A stretch of DNA of 13,568 nucleotides from Octopus sinensis. Taxonomy: Eukaryota. How positions within the stretch are numbered: position 1 is the stretch's first letter; each line of letters opens with the position of its first letter. The stretch is taken from assembly GCF_006345805.1 (NCBI RefSeq), contig NW_021826108.1:1-13568 (forward strand). Reading direction: 5' to 3'. The translations under genes and the position numbers were made by a program. A model generated the notes under the pieces. It worked only from the letters and a program-made list of their open reading frames with translations. It ran no database searches and had not been told where the DNA came from. Positions 1-9,971 of the stretch are shown here, one piece after another.

Positions 1-2673
1 CCCTACCCCAGCATAGACTAATTATTAGTGACATTAGACTCAAGGCCAGAAGGATGCCAAAAAGCAGATCGATCTAGAAAAGAAGGACTTCAAAGCTTAG
101 GAACCCTTCACGTAGTCAAAGATTTAGGGATATCCTTACCAAGAAATTTGCTGAGAGGGAGGAGGAGCTACAGGTTTGTGACATAGAAGGCAGCTGGAAA
201 TTCCTGCAAGAAAGCTTGCCACAGACCAAATCTGTGGCTGGTGCAAAATCCCTCCAGACCTAGGGTAACATGATGGTGGAACAATGCTATAGACTGGGCC
301 ATTAGAGCAAAGAAAATGGCCTGGAAAGCCTGGAAGAGTGGGGGTAGCAGAAGAATCTATCAGATTGCCAAAAGGGAAGCTAGGAGACAGGTATATTTAG
401 CCAAGGGAGCAGCAGAAAAGAAGTTTGCCAATGTTCAATGATGTTAGGACCAAAGAACTAAAATATTTCAGATTGCAAGACAGTGTGTGAGAGAAAATCA
501 TGATATCATTGGAGATAAATGTGTCCACATGGATGATGGTGCCCTTGCGTTTAACGATAATGTAAAGAAAGAGGCTTGGAGATGCCATTATGGAAGACTG
601 CTGAATGTGGAGAATGAATGGGAGGAGCAGAGATTGCCAAAAGTTGACCCAATTGAGGGGCCAGCTACCCGAATCAACAGTACCCTGGTAGATAAAGCAA
701 TTAAGGATATGAAGACAGGGAAAGCACTTGGCCCATCAGGAATCAGCACGGGCAGTGTGGGTTATGATCTTGTCACCCACATCATAAATCAAGTGGTTCA
801 TGAAGGAGTCATACCCAATGACTGGTGTAGCAGCACCATAGTTAACTGCTACAAGAGTAAAGGTGATGCTTTAGGTAGAAATAACTACAGGGATATCAAA
901 TTATTGGATCAGGTGATGAAAGTTTCAGAGAGGGTCACAGCCCAACTAATTAGGGAGAGAGTTAGCCTAGATGAGATGCAGTTTGGTTTTGTGCTAAGCA
1001 GAAGCACCACTGATGCTATATTTCTGGTAAGGCAACTGCAGGAGAAATATCTAGCTAAAGATAAATCTCTATACTTGGCTTTTGTTGACTTGGAGAAAAG
1101 CTCTGACAGGGTCCCCCAATCCTTTATCTGGTGATCAATGCAGAAACTGGGGATAGATGAGTGGTTGGTAAGAGCTGTACAACCCTGTACAAGGATACTG
1201 TCAGTAAGGTGAGGGTTGCTAACGAGTATAGTAAAGAATTCCAAATAGAAGTAGGGGTTCACCAAGGATCAGTCCTCAGCCCCCCTCTTATTCATTATAG
1301 TCCTCCAGGCAATAACAGAGAAATTCAAGACACGTTGTCCCTGGGAGATCCTCTATGCAGACAACCTTGCTCTAATAGCTGAGTCACTGCCAGAACTAGA
1401 GATGAAGTTTGGGGTGTGGAAGCAAGGTCTGAAATTGAAGGGCCGTAGGGTTAACTTAGCAAAAACCAAAGTAAGTAGGAAGTCTGTCAAATCACAGACC
1501 CCTTCAGGTAGAATGCCCTGCTTGATCTGTAGAAAAGGCATGAGTAGAAACTCCATATGATGTACCCAGTGTAAACTTTGGACACATGAAAAGTACAACA
1601 ATATCAAAGGAAGTTTAACTGGGAAGATATTTTTCTGTGTGACAGATGCACAGGGACAATAAATACTGAAGATTTACAGAAAACAGATTCCATCACATGC
1701 CAAGGAGAGAAACTAGAAGTAGCTAATAGCTTCTGCTACCTTGGCGACCAAGTCTGTAGTGGGGATGGCTGCTTTGAGAGCGTAGTGGTTAGAATAAGAA
1801 TAGCTTGGGCTAAGTTCAGGGAGCTCCTACTTCTGCTGGCAACTAAGGGCCTCTCATTCAGGATGAAAGGTAGACTGTATGATGGCTGTGTGTGAACTAC
1901 CATGCTACATGGCAGTGAAACATGGGCCATGACTTCTGTGGACATGCATAGACTTGAAAGAAATGAAGCTAGTATGCTCTGCTGAATGTGTAATGTCAGT
2001 GTGCATACATGACAGAGTGTAAGCACCCTGAGAAAAAAGTTGGGCATAAGAAGCAAGAGATGTGGTGTGCAAGAGAGACAACTGCGCTGGTATGGTCATG
2101 TGTTATGCATGGATGAGGACAGCTGTGTGAGGAAGTGCTACTCCCTAATTGTGGAAGGAACCTTTGGAAGAGGTAGACCCAGGAAGACATGGAATGGGGT
2201 GGTGAAGCATGACCTTCAAACATTGGGTCTCAAAGAGGCAATGACAGGAGACTGAGACCTTTGGAGATATGCTGTGATTGAGAAGACCCGGCAACTAAAG
2301 TGAGATCGCAGCCATGCATGTCTGGCCCAGTTAAGAGTGCCCCTGATGTGTCAGGCGAGAAGATATGCTTGAGAAGACCTGTTGAGTCAAGTAAAACCAA
2401 TATTGTAGCTGTGGTCAGTGCCCCCTGACTGGCTCCCATGCTGGTGGCATATAAAAAGCCCTATCTGAACATGATCGATGCCAGGCCTGCCAGTGGCATG
2501 TAAAAAGCACCCACTGCATTCTCAGAGTGGTTGGTGTTAGGAAGGGCATCCAGCTGTAGAAACACTGCTGGATCAGATTGGAGCCTGGTGCAGCCGCTGA
2601 CTCTCCAGACCTCAGTCAAATCATCCAACCCATGCCAGCATGGAAAACAAACGTAAAACAATGATGATGATGA
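1..2673 (+). mobile_element. RTE-type non-LTR retrotransposon (LINE), decayed copy, 5' part outside the window; coding remnant, 3' UTR and (ATG)n tail
   Basis: Frame 3 at the window start reads LPQHRLIISDIRLK, like the end of an APE endonuclease domain. RT motifs follow: NNYRDIKLL, QFGF, AFVDLEKSSDRVP, GVHQGSVLSP, YADN (1354-1365), then the RTE-type C-terminus LRWYGHV..GRGRPRKTW. The 3' UTR ends in CCATGCCAGCATGG (2630-2643) and ATGATGATGATGA (2661-2673). Confidence 0.95.
3..2303 (+). pseudogene. Disrupted endonuclease/reverse transcriptase ORF of RTE copy 1
   Basis: Listed ORFs 487-1134, 1161-1382 and 2040-2255 are fragments of one protein broken by frameshifts and stops. The catalytic YADD is changed to YADN. 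The natural stop is TGA 2301-2303 after DLWRYAVIEKTRQLK, matching the C-terminus of copy 3. Confidence 0.92.
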
Positions 2674-2851
2674 GATAGAGCATAGATGAAATGAATGAGC
2701 TGCTAGACATTAAGAGTATAAAGAAATGACTGTATTACTCTGGATGAAATGACAAAAGATTCAAATAGGTTGTGGTATGCCAAACTACAAACCATTCAGT
2801 ACATGCAATGTAGGAAAATGAATGTCAAAATGTTGACAATGGAAATCTGAA

Positions 2852-2881
2852 ATCATTCACACACGGTGGTGTGTGAATGAT
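2852..2881. repeat. Perfect hairpin, 13-bp stem with 4-nt loop
   Basis: ATCATTCACACAC-GGTG-GTGTGTGAATGAT read directly from the sequence. Confidence 0.9.
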
Positions 2882-3029
2882 ATTCTTTGTGTCAACTTTT
2901 ACTCATTTGCAGCGAGTTTGATGCTTTACCACTAATTCAATTTTAGCTCTATCTTAATTCAGTTTTTTTGCACTATGATGAACCAGTAGTAAGCTACATT
3001 TCGACATAAAATAATCTAATTTTGGTTGA

Positions 3030-3530
3030 GTAGGAAAAATGTTATGATAAAAAATGTAGGGCCAAAAATGGGAGAGTAATGCCTGACATGTACCTGCATT
3101 CATAATTTCTCGGTTATTTAAAAGAAAAAACTATACTTTAATTATACCCTTTTAGAAGAACTCGATAAGTAGAATCTTTTGGTGAAGACCTTGTTAAAAG
3201 ATATTAGATAGAAAAATGTTATACAACTTTAAGTAGCCAAAAAATTGGTGACACATAAAATTGACTTTAACTCAAAATATTTCAGGTATTTGAAAAACAA
3301 ACTATACTACAATTATATTTTTTTAAAAGAACGCGATAGAATCTATAGGTGAAGACCTCGTTAAAAGATATTAGATAGAAAAAAAGTTATGCAGTTTAAG
3401 CAGCCAAAAAATTACTGAGTAATGCCTAAAATTGACTTTGACTCAAAATATCTCAGGTATTTGAAAAACAAACTATACTTCAATTACGTCCTTTTAGAAA
3501 AATTTGACAAGCAGATTCTTTTGGTGAAGA
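3030..3530. repeat. Diverged tandem array, about three ~171-bp units
   Basis: ACTATACT recurs at 3130, 3301 and 3472. GGTGAAGA recurs at 3181, 3348 and 3523. GAGTAATGCC occurs near 3075 and 3417, two periods apart. Confidence 0.85.
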
Positions 3531-4232
3531 TGTCATTTTTGTTTACAACTATGTTGGGATAACTGGACATTCCCCAGACTATTTTTCTTATGAAGATGAG
3601 CCCTAGCTTTTCTCTTTTTTCACATTCTCCGATATCACAACGTTCAAGCAAACTAGAATGCTCTTATTGCTCTAAAAAATGTTTTTTTCATTCTCTTATC
3701 ATTATTGTTAGCTATTTATTTCTTATTTTTTTATAAGGAATTTGCGGTTTTCATTTTTTGTATGTTTTCTTTTTCTTTGCGCATTAAATAACTATACAAA
3801 CTTTATAAATTATATGTATTACAGCAGATCTAATATTACTTATGTTTATAAATATTCATATAATTGTAATTATCTGTCTTACTTGCAATTACAAAGATAC
3901 TTAACCCTTTCGTTAGTGTATTTTTGATCAAAGTACACCCTTCATGCATTTCAATTAAATTCTAAAATAATCATGAATTTAGACTAGTTTCATTAACCAA
4001 CTGTAACTTTTTTTACTTATCAACATATTAATGTGATATTTGGAACATAATTGAAGAAAGGATTCTTAATCAATTCTATTGCATAATTTTTGTCTCAAAC
4101 TGACTCTAATTACAGGTAAATACAGGTAAACTGAGCAAAATATGACTAGTGACCGAGACCTTTGGAGATATGCTGTGCTTGAAGAGATCTTACAAGCCAA
4201 GTGAGACCATGGCCCATGGCCTCTATGCCAGT

Positions 4233-4567
4233 GGGTGTAACAAGCCCACTTATGAGTACCCCTCATTCATTGGACAATAAACTTTGCTTGCGAAGACCTA
4301 TTGAGGCAAGTGAAATCAAAATCGCTGATGTGACTGATGACAGTACCGCCTGATTGGCACTTGTGCCACTGGAATGTTAAAAGCGCATCCAAATGTGGGG
4401 TGTAACCGGCCCACTTATGAGTACCCCTCATTCATTGGACAATGAACTTTGCTTGCAAAGACCCATTGAGACAAGTGAAAACAAATCAGAATCGCTGAAG
4501 TGGCCGATGACAGTACTGCCTGATTGGCACTCATGCCAGTGGAACATTAAAAGCACATCCGAGCGTG
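4233..4567 (+). repeat. Direct tandem duplication of ~165 bp within the RTE 3' UTR
   Basis: GGGTGTAAC..CCCACTTATGAGTACCCCTCATTCATTGGACAAT begins at 4233 and again at 4398. Confidence 0.92.
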
Positions 4568-4816
4568 ATCGTTGCCAGGGCCACGGATTGACTCCCATGC
4601 CAGTGGCATGTGAAAAGCACCATTCGATCATGATCGTTGCCAGAGCCGCCGTACTGGCACATGCGCCAGTGGCACGTGAAAAACAACATTCGAGCGTGGT
4701 CGTTGCCAGTGCCGTTGGACTGGCTCCCTTGCAGGTAGCACATAAAAAACACCTTTTGCGCGTGGTCATTGCCAGAACTGCCTGACTGGCCCTCATGCCG
4801 GTGTCACATAAAAGCA
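4568..4816 (+). repeat. Minisatellite of four 65-66-bp units within the RTE 3' UTR
   Basis: RTCRTTGCCAG starts at 4568, 4633, 4699 and 4765. Each unit continues with a TGGC..GCCAGTGGCAC..AAAA-like segment. Confidence 0.9.
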
Positions 4817-6455
4817 TCTACTACACTCTCAGAGTGGTTGGCGTTAGGAAGGGCATCCAGCTGTAGAAACTTTACCAGATCAAATTGGAGCCTGGTGCAG
4901 CCTCTGGCTCACCAGTCCTTGGTCAAACTGTCCAACCCATGCCAGCATGGAAAGTGGACGTTAAATGATGATGATGATGATGATTCTCGTACACCACATG
5001 CTTTTGTACTTCACTCATTCTTTTTCTCAATATCTCTATATCTCAGAATCACTGCTTGATAGCATGAAACTCCTATCCATTTTCAAAGTTGAAAAAAATC
5101 GACGCTGAAAAAATGTGGAAAAACATCTCCCAAAATTCACTGAGTTCAGATATCATGTCAAGCAATGTCAGATACTATAACTCAACTATCTACAAAATGA
5201 AATCACATGTTTCCATGAATGTATTAACAAGATTTGTGTTCAGATTCACATTTAAATAACAATGAGTACTCTCAGCCAGCTACAGCCAGGTTGGTCATTT
5301 GAACCAAAAAATTTTTCAGCCAGGTTCGTGTTGAAAGGGTTAAATGACAACTTGTCAATACAAGGCAAACATAAAATCCAGTCTATAATTGTTTTTTTTT
5401 AGTTTACCTTCTCTCCTAATTAATTTGATTCTTCATTACTTATAATTAGTGCTTTATATATTTTTTATTATTGCTCTCTTTTTAAAAAATTTTATTTCTA
5501 ATAAATATTAATTAAAAAATTATTTCTAAATAGGCAGATTTTATAATACTCAATGTAAAGAAAGTGCTATTCAATTTAGAATTTCTAACAAAAATGAATA
5601 GGCATCAATAAGAAATGAAATAATACAAAAAAGCTAAATTTATTATTAGAATAAAAATTACTAATTTTTCTTTTTGCCCTGTGAAATGAGTGGACTAGAA
5701 CGAAGGATTGAGCAAGGAATAACAATATTCTTAAGTAGCCTAAAAGAAAAGAGCTTAAAATTGGCAGCTAAAATAAAATTTAAATGGGTTGCCATTTAAA
5801 TAAAATATTCAAATAAGTGAAGCCATTCAATACTGATCAACCTTCTTTCATCCAAATTATTTCACTGTTGCTAAGCTTAACTGTAAATAAACTATTTTAA
5901 TACTATTTTAATATATGAAAATAAAGTGATTATATTTTGTAACATTAGTAGTTAAAATTTTTTTATTTACTAAAATTTTTTACAAATATATAGAAAGTAG
6001 GTAAATAAATTAAATGTTAGACTACAGTAAAATTTAAGCCTATTTAAGTAATTAAATGTTTTTGTTTTATTTTTGGAAAAATTATTTTACTTTAAAAATT
6101 TTAACTTTTAGTTAGTTAACTGTTTGTCAGATCATTTTCCTGTTAGGTAAATCTAAGTTTCCCTCAAATAAATGCAGATGTCATAGAGTTAATCATAATG
6201 AAAGAAAATAAAGATCATCCTTATAGCATTATAATTAATAGACAAAGACGAATCTCTATTTCAAAGATCTTAAAGCAATTTTTACTTGATACATAGGAAT
6301 TTATGATAAAGCATCAGATTATTTTTATTGAATTTTATATTTAGCTGCAATATTTTAAGCTCTTTTCTTTTATTTTAGGCTTACTTCTTGTCCTGTATTT
6401 TTCCAGGTTTATTAAATACTGTTGTTCTTATCCCTTACTCGCATTTTTCATTCTA

Positions 6456-7739
6456 TAGAGTTGTCTGGAAAGTTTGTGCCGATTTTTAAAGGAAAGAAAA
6501 AGGTCAATAAATACTTGCCTTTACATTTTTAATCAACGAAATAGGAACCATTTTGTTGCACAATGCGTCTCCATCTTTCCTTTAATTTGAAAATACCCTC
6601 TTCCCAGAATTGAGGTGGTTTCATGGCAAAGAATTCATCAAGGTATCTTTTTACATCATCGAAGGAATTGAAATTCTTACTATTAAGACCATTCTGCAGA
6701 GACCTGAATAAGTGGAAATCTGAAGGAGCAATATCTGGTGAATATGGAGGGTGGGGTAACACATCCCAGCCGAGCTGCAGCAATTTTTGTCTGGTCCCCA
6801 AAGAAACGTGCGGTCTTGCATTATCATGTTGGAAAACAACACCCTTCCTGTTGGCCAATACTGGATGTTTCTCTTGAATTGCTGCTTTTAACTCGTCCAG
6901 TTGTGTGCAGTATTTCTCAGAATTAATTGTCTGGTTACTTGGGAGAAGATCATAGTACAGAATTCCTTTCCAATCCCACCAGACACAAAGCAAGCTGTTT
7001 TTAGTGTGAAGACCCTCTTTTGGGGTGGCTAATCGTGGCTCATGTCGCTTACTCCAGGATTGCTTTCTCTGAACATTTCAGTAGACAATCCATTTCTCAT
7101 CACCTGTCACAATTTGCTTTAAAAAAGGCACGTTTTCATTCCGTTTATAAAGTGAATCACAGATGGAAATGTGATCCAAAAGGTTCTTCTCACTCAACTC
7201 ATGTGGTACCCAAATATTGTAGTGATTTGTGTACCCAAGCTTTACCAGATGTTCATGAATGACGGATTTTGATAGGTTGAGGCTTTCTGCCAATTTTCAG
7301 GTTGTGCAATGTGGGTTATTCTCAATTAATGATTTGATTTGGTCATCATCTGTAGTGGATGGTCTTCCTGATCACTCTTTATCAATAAGGCTACAATCTC
7401 CTGCTCGGAACCTTGCAAACCACTTCCGTACAGTTCTTTTGGATAAAGAAACATCACCGTAAACTGCGCATATTTCTTTGGTTGCTTGTGAGGCATTTTT
7501 CCCTTTACAGAAAAAGAAAATCATCAAGTGCCGAAAATGAACTTTCTTATCTTCCATTTTAAAGGGTTACAGAATTAAAACAGTTTATAGGAACATAAAC
7601 CTTCTTCCACGAAAAGATAGCTTAAACTGTGCTCTAAATGGAGGTGTAGTAAAATCCTATTTTATGGACTCAACCATGTTCTAAAATAATTCGAAAGGTA
7701 AGCTACTATAAATCGGCATGAACTTTCCGGACAACCCAA
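6456..7739 (-). mobile_element. Full-length mariner DNA transposon (DD34D, mellifera-subfamily-like), 1284 bp
   Basis: 30-bp TIRs at 6456-6485 and 7710-7739 match at 25/30 positions (TTGGGTTGTCCGGAAAGTTCATGCCGATTT). TA target duplication at 6454-6455 and 7740-7741. Transposase remnant inside. Confidence 0.96.
6529..7557 (-). pseudogene. Mariner transposase, 342 codons in one frame with three premature TGA stops
   Basis: The three listed ORFs (7557, 7293, 6993 starts) share a frame. Stops lie at 7374-7372, 7299-7297 and 7080-7078. Motifs: SGRP, WVPHEL, TGDEKW, HDNARPH, YSPDIAPSDFHLF, with 34 residues between the second and third catalytic Asp. Confidence 0.95.
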
Positions 7740-8474
7740 TAGTATAGTATGTGTTGCAGTTTGTGAATGTTTTGAAGTTGAGTGAGTGACTAATGACATC
7801 ATAAGCAGTTATTGCAAGTGATAATATCAGGATTTGAAATTGAGAGATATTTCATTTTGAAAACAGTTTTTGTCTTTATAGAAAGAATAATTTTTAGAAA
7901 TTTCAAATATTTTAAAGAGCTTAATATTCTTTAAGAATCGATATCCGAACTTGATAATGTTAGTCATTTGGTACCAAACAGCAGATCAACTGACCCTTAA
8001 TTGAAGTTGTTTTCTCTTTCAGTCATCTTTAGTCATAAGTAGTGTTTATTTATTGAAGGACAGCTATCAAGAAGGGTACATAATTGTAAAAAATGCTTTA
8101 AAAAATCTTGAAATCAACTAGATTTGCATATGGTATGGACATAGAATACTTTTGAAGGAAGTTTATCCACTTAAGTAACAACACATCTAGTTAATCACTG
8201 TAGTCCATGATATTGATAAAATCAGTTTGCAGGCATGAACAAGCTGTCTGCTTCACAATTCCAGTTTAGATCTAGCCCATAGCAATGAAGAAAACTATTG
8301 TAAAGCCATTCAAACAAGCTAATCTGCACATAGTGCTTAATTTCAATTTTAATGAAAGCAGAGAGAGTTCAGCTGTTGGTCAAAAAACTTAATTTCTTAA
8401 TCATAAGATCAAGAAGTTTAACTCCTTTATCTACTTTTTTTTTTTTTGTAAATTTATTCCATGTTTCTTTTCAG

Positions 8475-8582
8475 TTCCATCTGAAGCAAACACATCTATC
8501 AGCCGATGAACAACCAGCTACCAAACAATTTCTATCAGAAATTGATCTTTTAAAGGAGTCTTATAACTCTCTTCAAATACAA
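8475..8582 (+). CDS. Probable internal coding exon of an unidentified host gene, 108 nt, phase 0/0: FHLKQTHLSADEQPATKQFLSEIDLLKESYNSLQIQ
   Basis: Pyrimidine tract and acceptor TTTCTTTTCAG end at 8474; donor CAA|GTAAGG starts at 8583. The frame is open and the peptide looks helical or coiled-coil. It lies in non-repetitive sequence. I do not recognise the protein. Confidence 0.7.
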
Positions 8583-8911
8583 GTAAGGAAGATCCAAAAA
8601 GGATTCCAAAATATTTCTTTTATGGTTACTGTTATATTTTTTTAATTAATTACAGAGAACTGCTAGTCTTCACAATCCTCTATTTAAGAAAGATATTATT
8701 AAAAAGTGTATTTTCAAAGATTTTTTAAGGTATTTTAAATGGAAGTTAATTTAATAGTCAGATGGATAATTTGATGGTTGTGGATTCATGACTACAAACA
8801 TTTAATGTTATGTCTCAGTTTAATTACCTAGAAAATATGCACAGGTCTATGTAGGAGAATTACCTTGTAATGAACAAGCAATCTATTAAGAAAATGAGGA
8901 TAATATTTGCA

Positions 8912-9122
8912 TACTCTTTACTCTTTTCCTTGTTTCAGTCATGTGACTGTGGCCATACTGGAGCACCACCTTTAGTCGAGCAAATCAACCCCAGGACTTA
9001 TTCTTTGTAAGCCTAGTACTTATTCTATTGGTCTCTTTTGCCAAACCACTAAGTTACGAGAACGTAAACACACCACCATCGGTTGTCAAGCGATATTAGG
9101 GGGACAATCACAGACACACAAA
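8912..9122 (-). mobile_element. SINE, 3' half only (tail type A ending in AAAGAGT-like repeats)
   Basis: Closely matches 10880-11080 (CCCCAGGACTTATTCTTTGTAAGCCTAGTACTTATTCT). Terminal hairpin CAGTCA-TG-TGACTG at 8936-8949. It stops at the internal microsatellite. Confidence 0.85.
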
Positions 9123-9134
9123 CATATGCGCACA

Positions 9135-9165
9135 CATACATACATACATACATACATACATACAT
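9135..9165. repeat. (CATA)n microsatellite
   Basis: Direct reading; it occupies the position of the SINE-internal microsatellite. Confidence 0.95.
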
Positions 9166-9173
9166 GCATGCAT

Positions 9174-9249
9174 ATTTTTGATATTATTTTACATATTTCT
9201 CCATACATGCATGCATGTATGGAGAAATATGTAAAATAATATCAAAAAT
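9174..9249. repeat. Perfect 76-bp palindrome, 38-bp arms, no spacer
   Basis: Checked base by base outward from 9211/9212. The first mismatch is 9173/9250. Confidence 0.97.
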
Positions 9250-9883
9250 CGGAAACTCTAATTCAGTCCTTCCCCCCCGTTTTCCCTTGTTCTTGCGCAT
9301 TATCTGTGGAAATGTTCATCTCCATTTCTCATTATCTTATCAAATATACCACTATATTTTGTTCTAGTTATTAGGTTACTTGTAAATTAGCGGGTACCTT
9401 GACGAAAAGAGTTGATTAACCTAACAAATTTTAGAAGATAAATGCAATACACTGTACTATAATTTTAGGATCACAATGTCCTTTGTTTGAGAGTTCTTTG
9501 TTTTATAGATACTGTTTTGTAACTATAAGTTAATATTAATTTGTTTAATTTGATGTTGTTGTTTATAGTACTAAACAGGTGTTGGTGTGATGGACCTGCT
9601 ATGCCAATGTTTCACTCCTACTAATTTTTATTGACTCCCAAGCAGCACTTTTGTTACTAATGTTGTTGACACTACTGGATTGAATATTACTGCCTAGTTG
9701 TGGAAACCATAATGATATCCATATGGCAGCTGATGATGGGCATGTATATTTGATATGCTTGTTTGTGGATTCATGGTTTATGGTAATTACTTATAGTAAT
9801 ATTGCTTGATTTACTTCAGAGAAAATTTTATAAGGCTTGGATAACACTTAGATAATGGTGTCTAGTTTTGAGAGGTTCTGTGA

Positions 9884-9971
9884 CATATATACAATGGGCT
9901 TCTTTTGTGTTTTGCTGAGTCCACTCACAAGGCCTTGGTAGGACCAGGGTTGAAGTAGAAGACATTTTCCC
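9884..9971 (-). mobile_element. Degraded SINE central (CORE-adjacent) fragment
   Basis: ATATACAATGGGCTTCTT..ACAAGGCCTTGGT..GTAGAAGACA parallels 11099-11160 of the full-length SINE. Confidence 0.7.

Larger units (their letters stand above)
4142..4984 (+). mobile_element. 5'-truncated RTE LINE (last 20 codons, expanded 3' UTR, (GAT)n tail)
   Basis: 4142-4204 reads MTSDRDLWRYAVLEEILQAK*, homologous to the C-termini of copies 1 and 3. It shares AGGAAGGGCATCCAG and CCATGCCAGCATGG (4937-4950). The (ATG)n tail is at 4965-4984. Confidence 0.93.
3905..5339. mobile_element. piggyBac-like non-autonomous DNA transposon (~590 bp of own sequence) interrupted by an RTE fragment
   Basis: TTAA (3901-3904) then CCCTTTC at the left end; GAAAGGG then TTAA (5340-5343) at the right end. 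A TTAA target duplication with CCC/GGG ends is the piggyBac signature. CAGCCAGGTT is repeated subterminally (about 5283 and 5317). The exact inverted match is only 7 bp plus TTAA. Confidence 0.7.

Noticed and set aside
397-2661. Minus-strand ORFs over RTE copy 1, and plus-strand ORFs at 12347-12814 and 13302-13505
   Set aside because: Antisense shadows of the LINE sequence with no independent protein motifs.
3030-3530. Alpha-satellite or centromeric identity suggested by the 171-bp period
   Set aside because: Only the length coincides. There are about three diverged units and no recognisable alpha-satellite sequence.
3742-3927. 61-aa ORF
   Set aside because: Low-complexity AT-rich sequence with a TTG start that crosses a transposon boundary.
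4568-4816. CRISPR-like array of regularly spaced repeats
   Set aside because: The whole unit is homologous between copies with no unique spacers, there are no cas genes, and it lies in a LINE 3' UTR.
4393-5059. ORFs of 73-130 aa on both strands with repeated Cys/His motifs
   Set aside because: They arise from the 66-bp repeat in the non-coding LINE 3' UTR; a unit length divisible by three keeps frames open.
5344-6453. Possible extra exons after AG acceptors near 5533, 6378 and 6406
   Set aside because: No convincing open frame with a matching donor; it reads as very AT-rich intron.
6529-6993. SETMAR-like domesticated transposase gene
   Set aside because: No SET domain, TIRs and the TA duplication are intact, and the frame has three stops, so it is an ordinary dead mariner.
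6623-7462. Plus-strand and alternate-frame ORFs within the mariner
   Set aside because: Shadows of the transposase frame.
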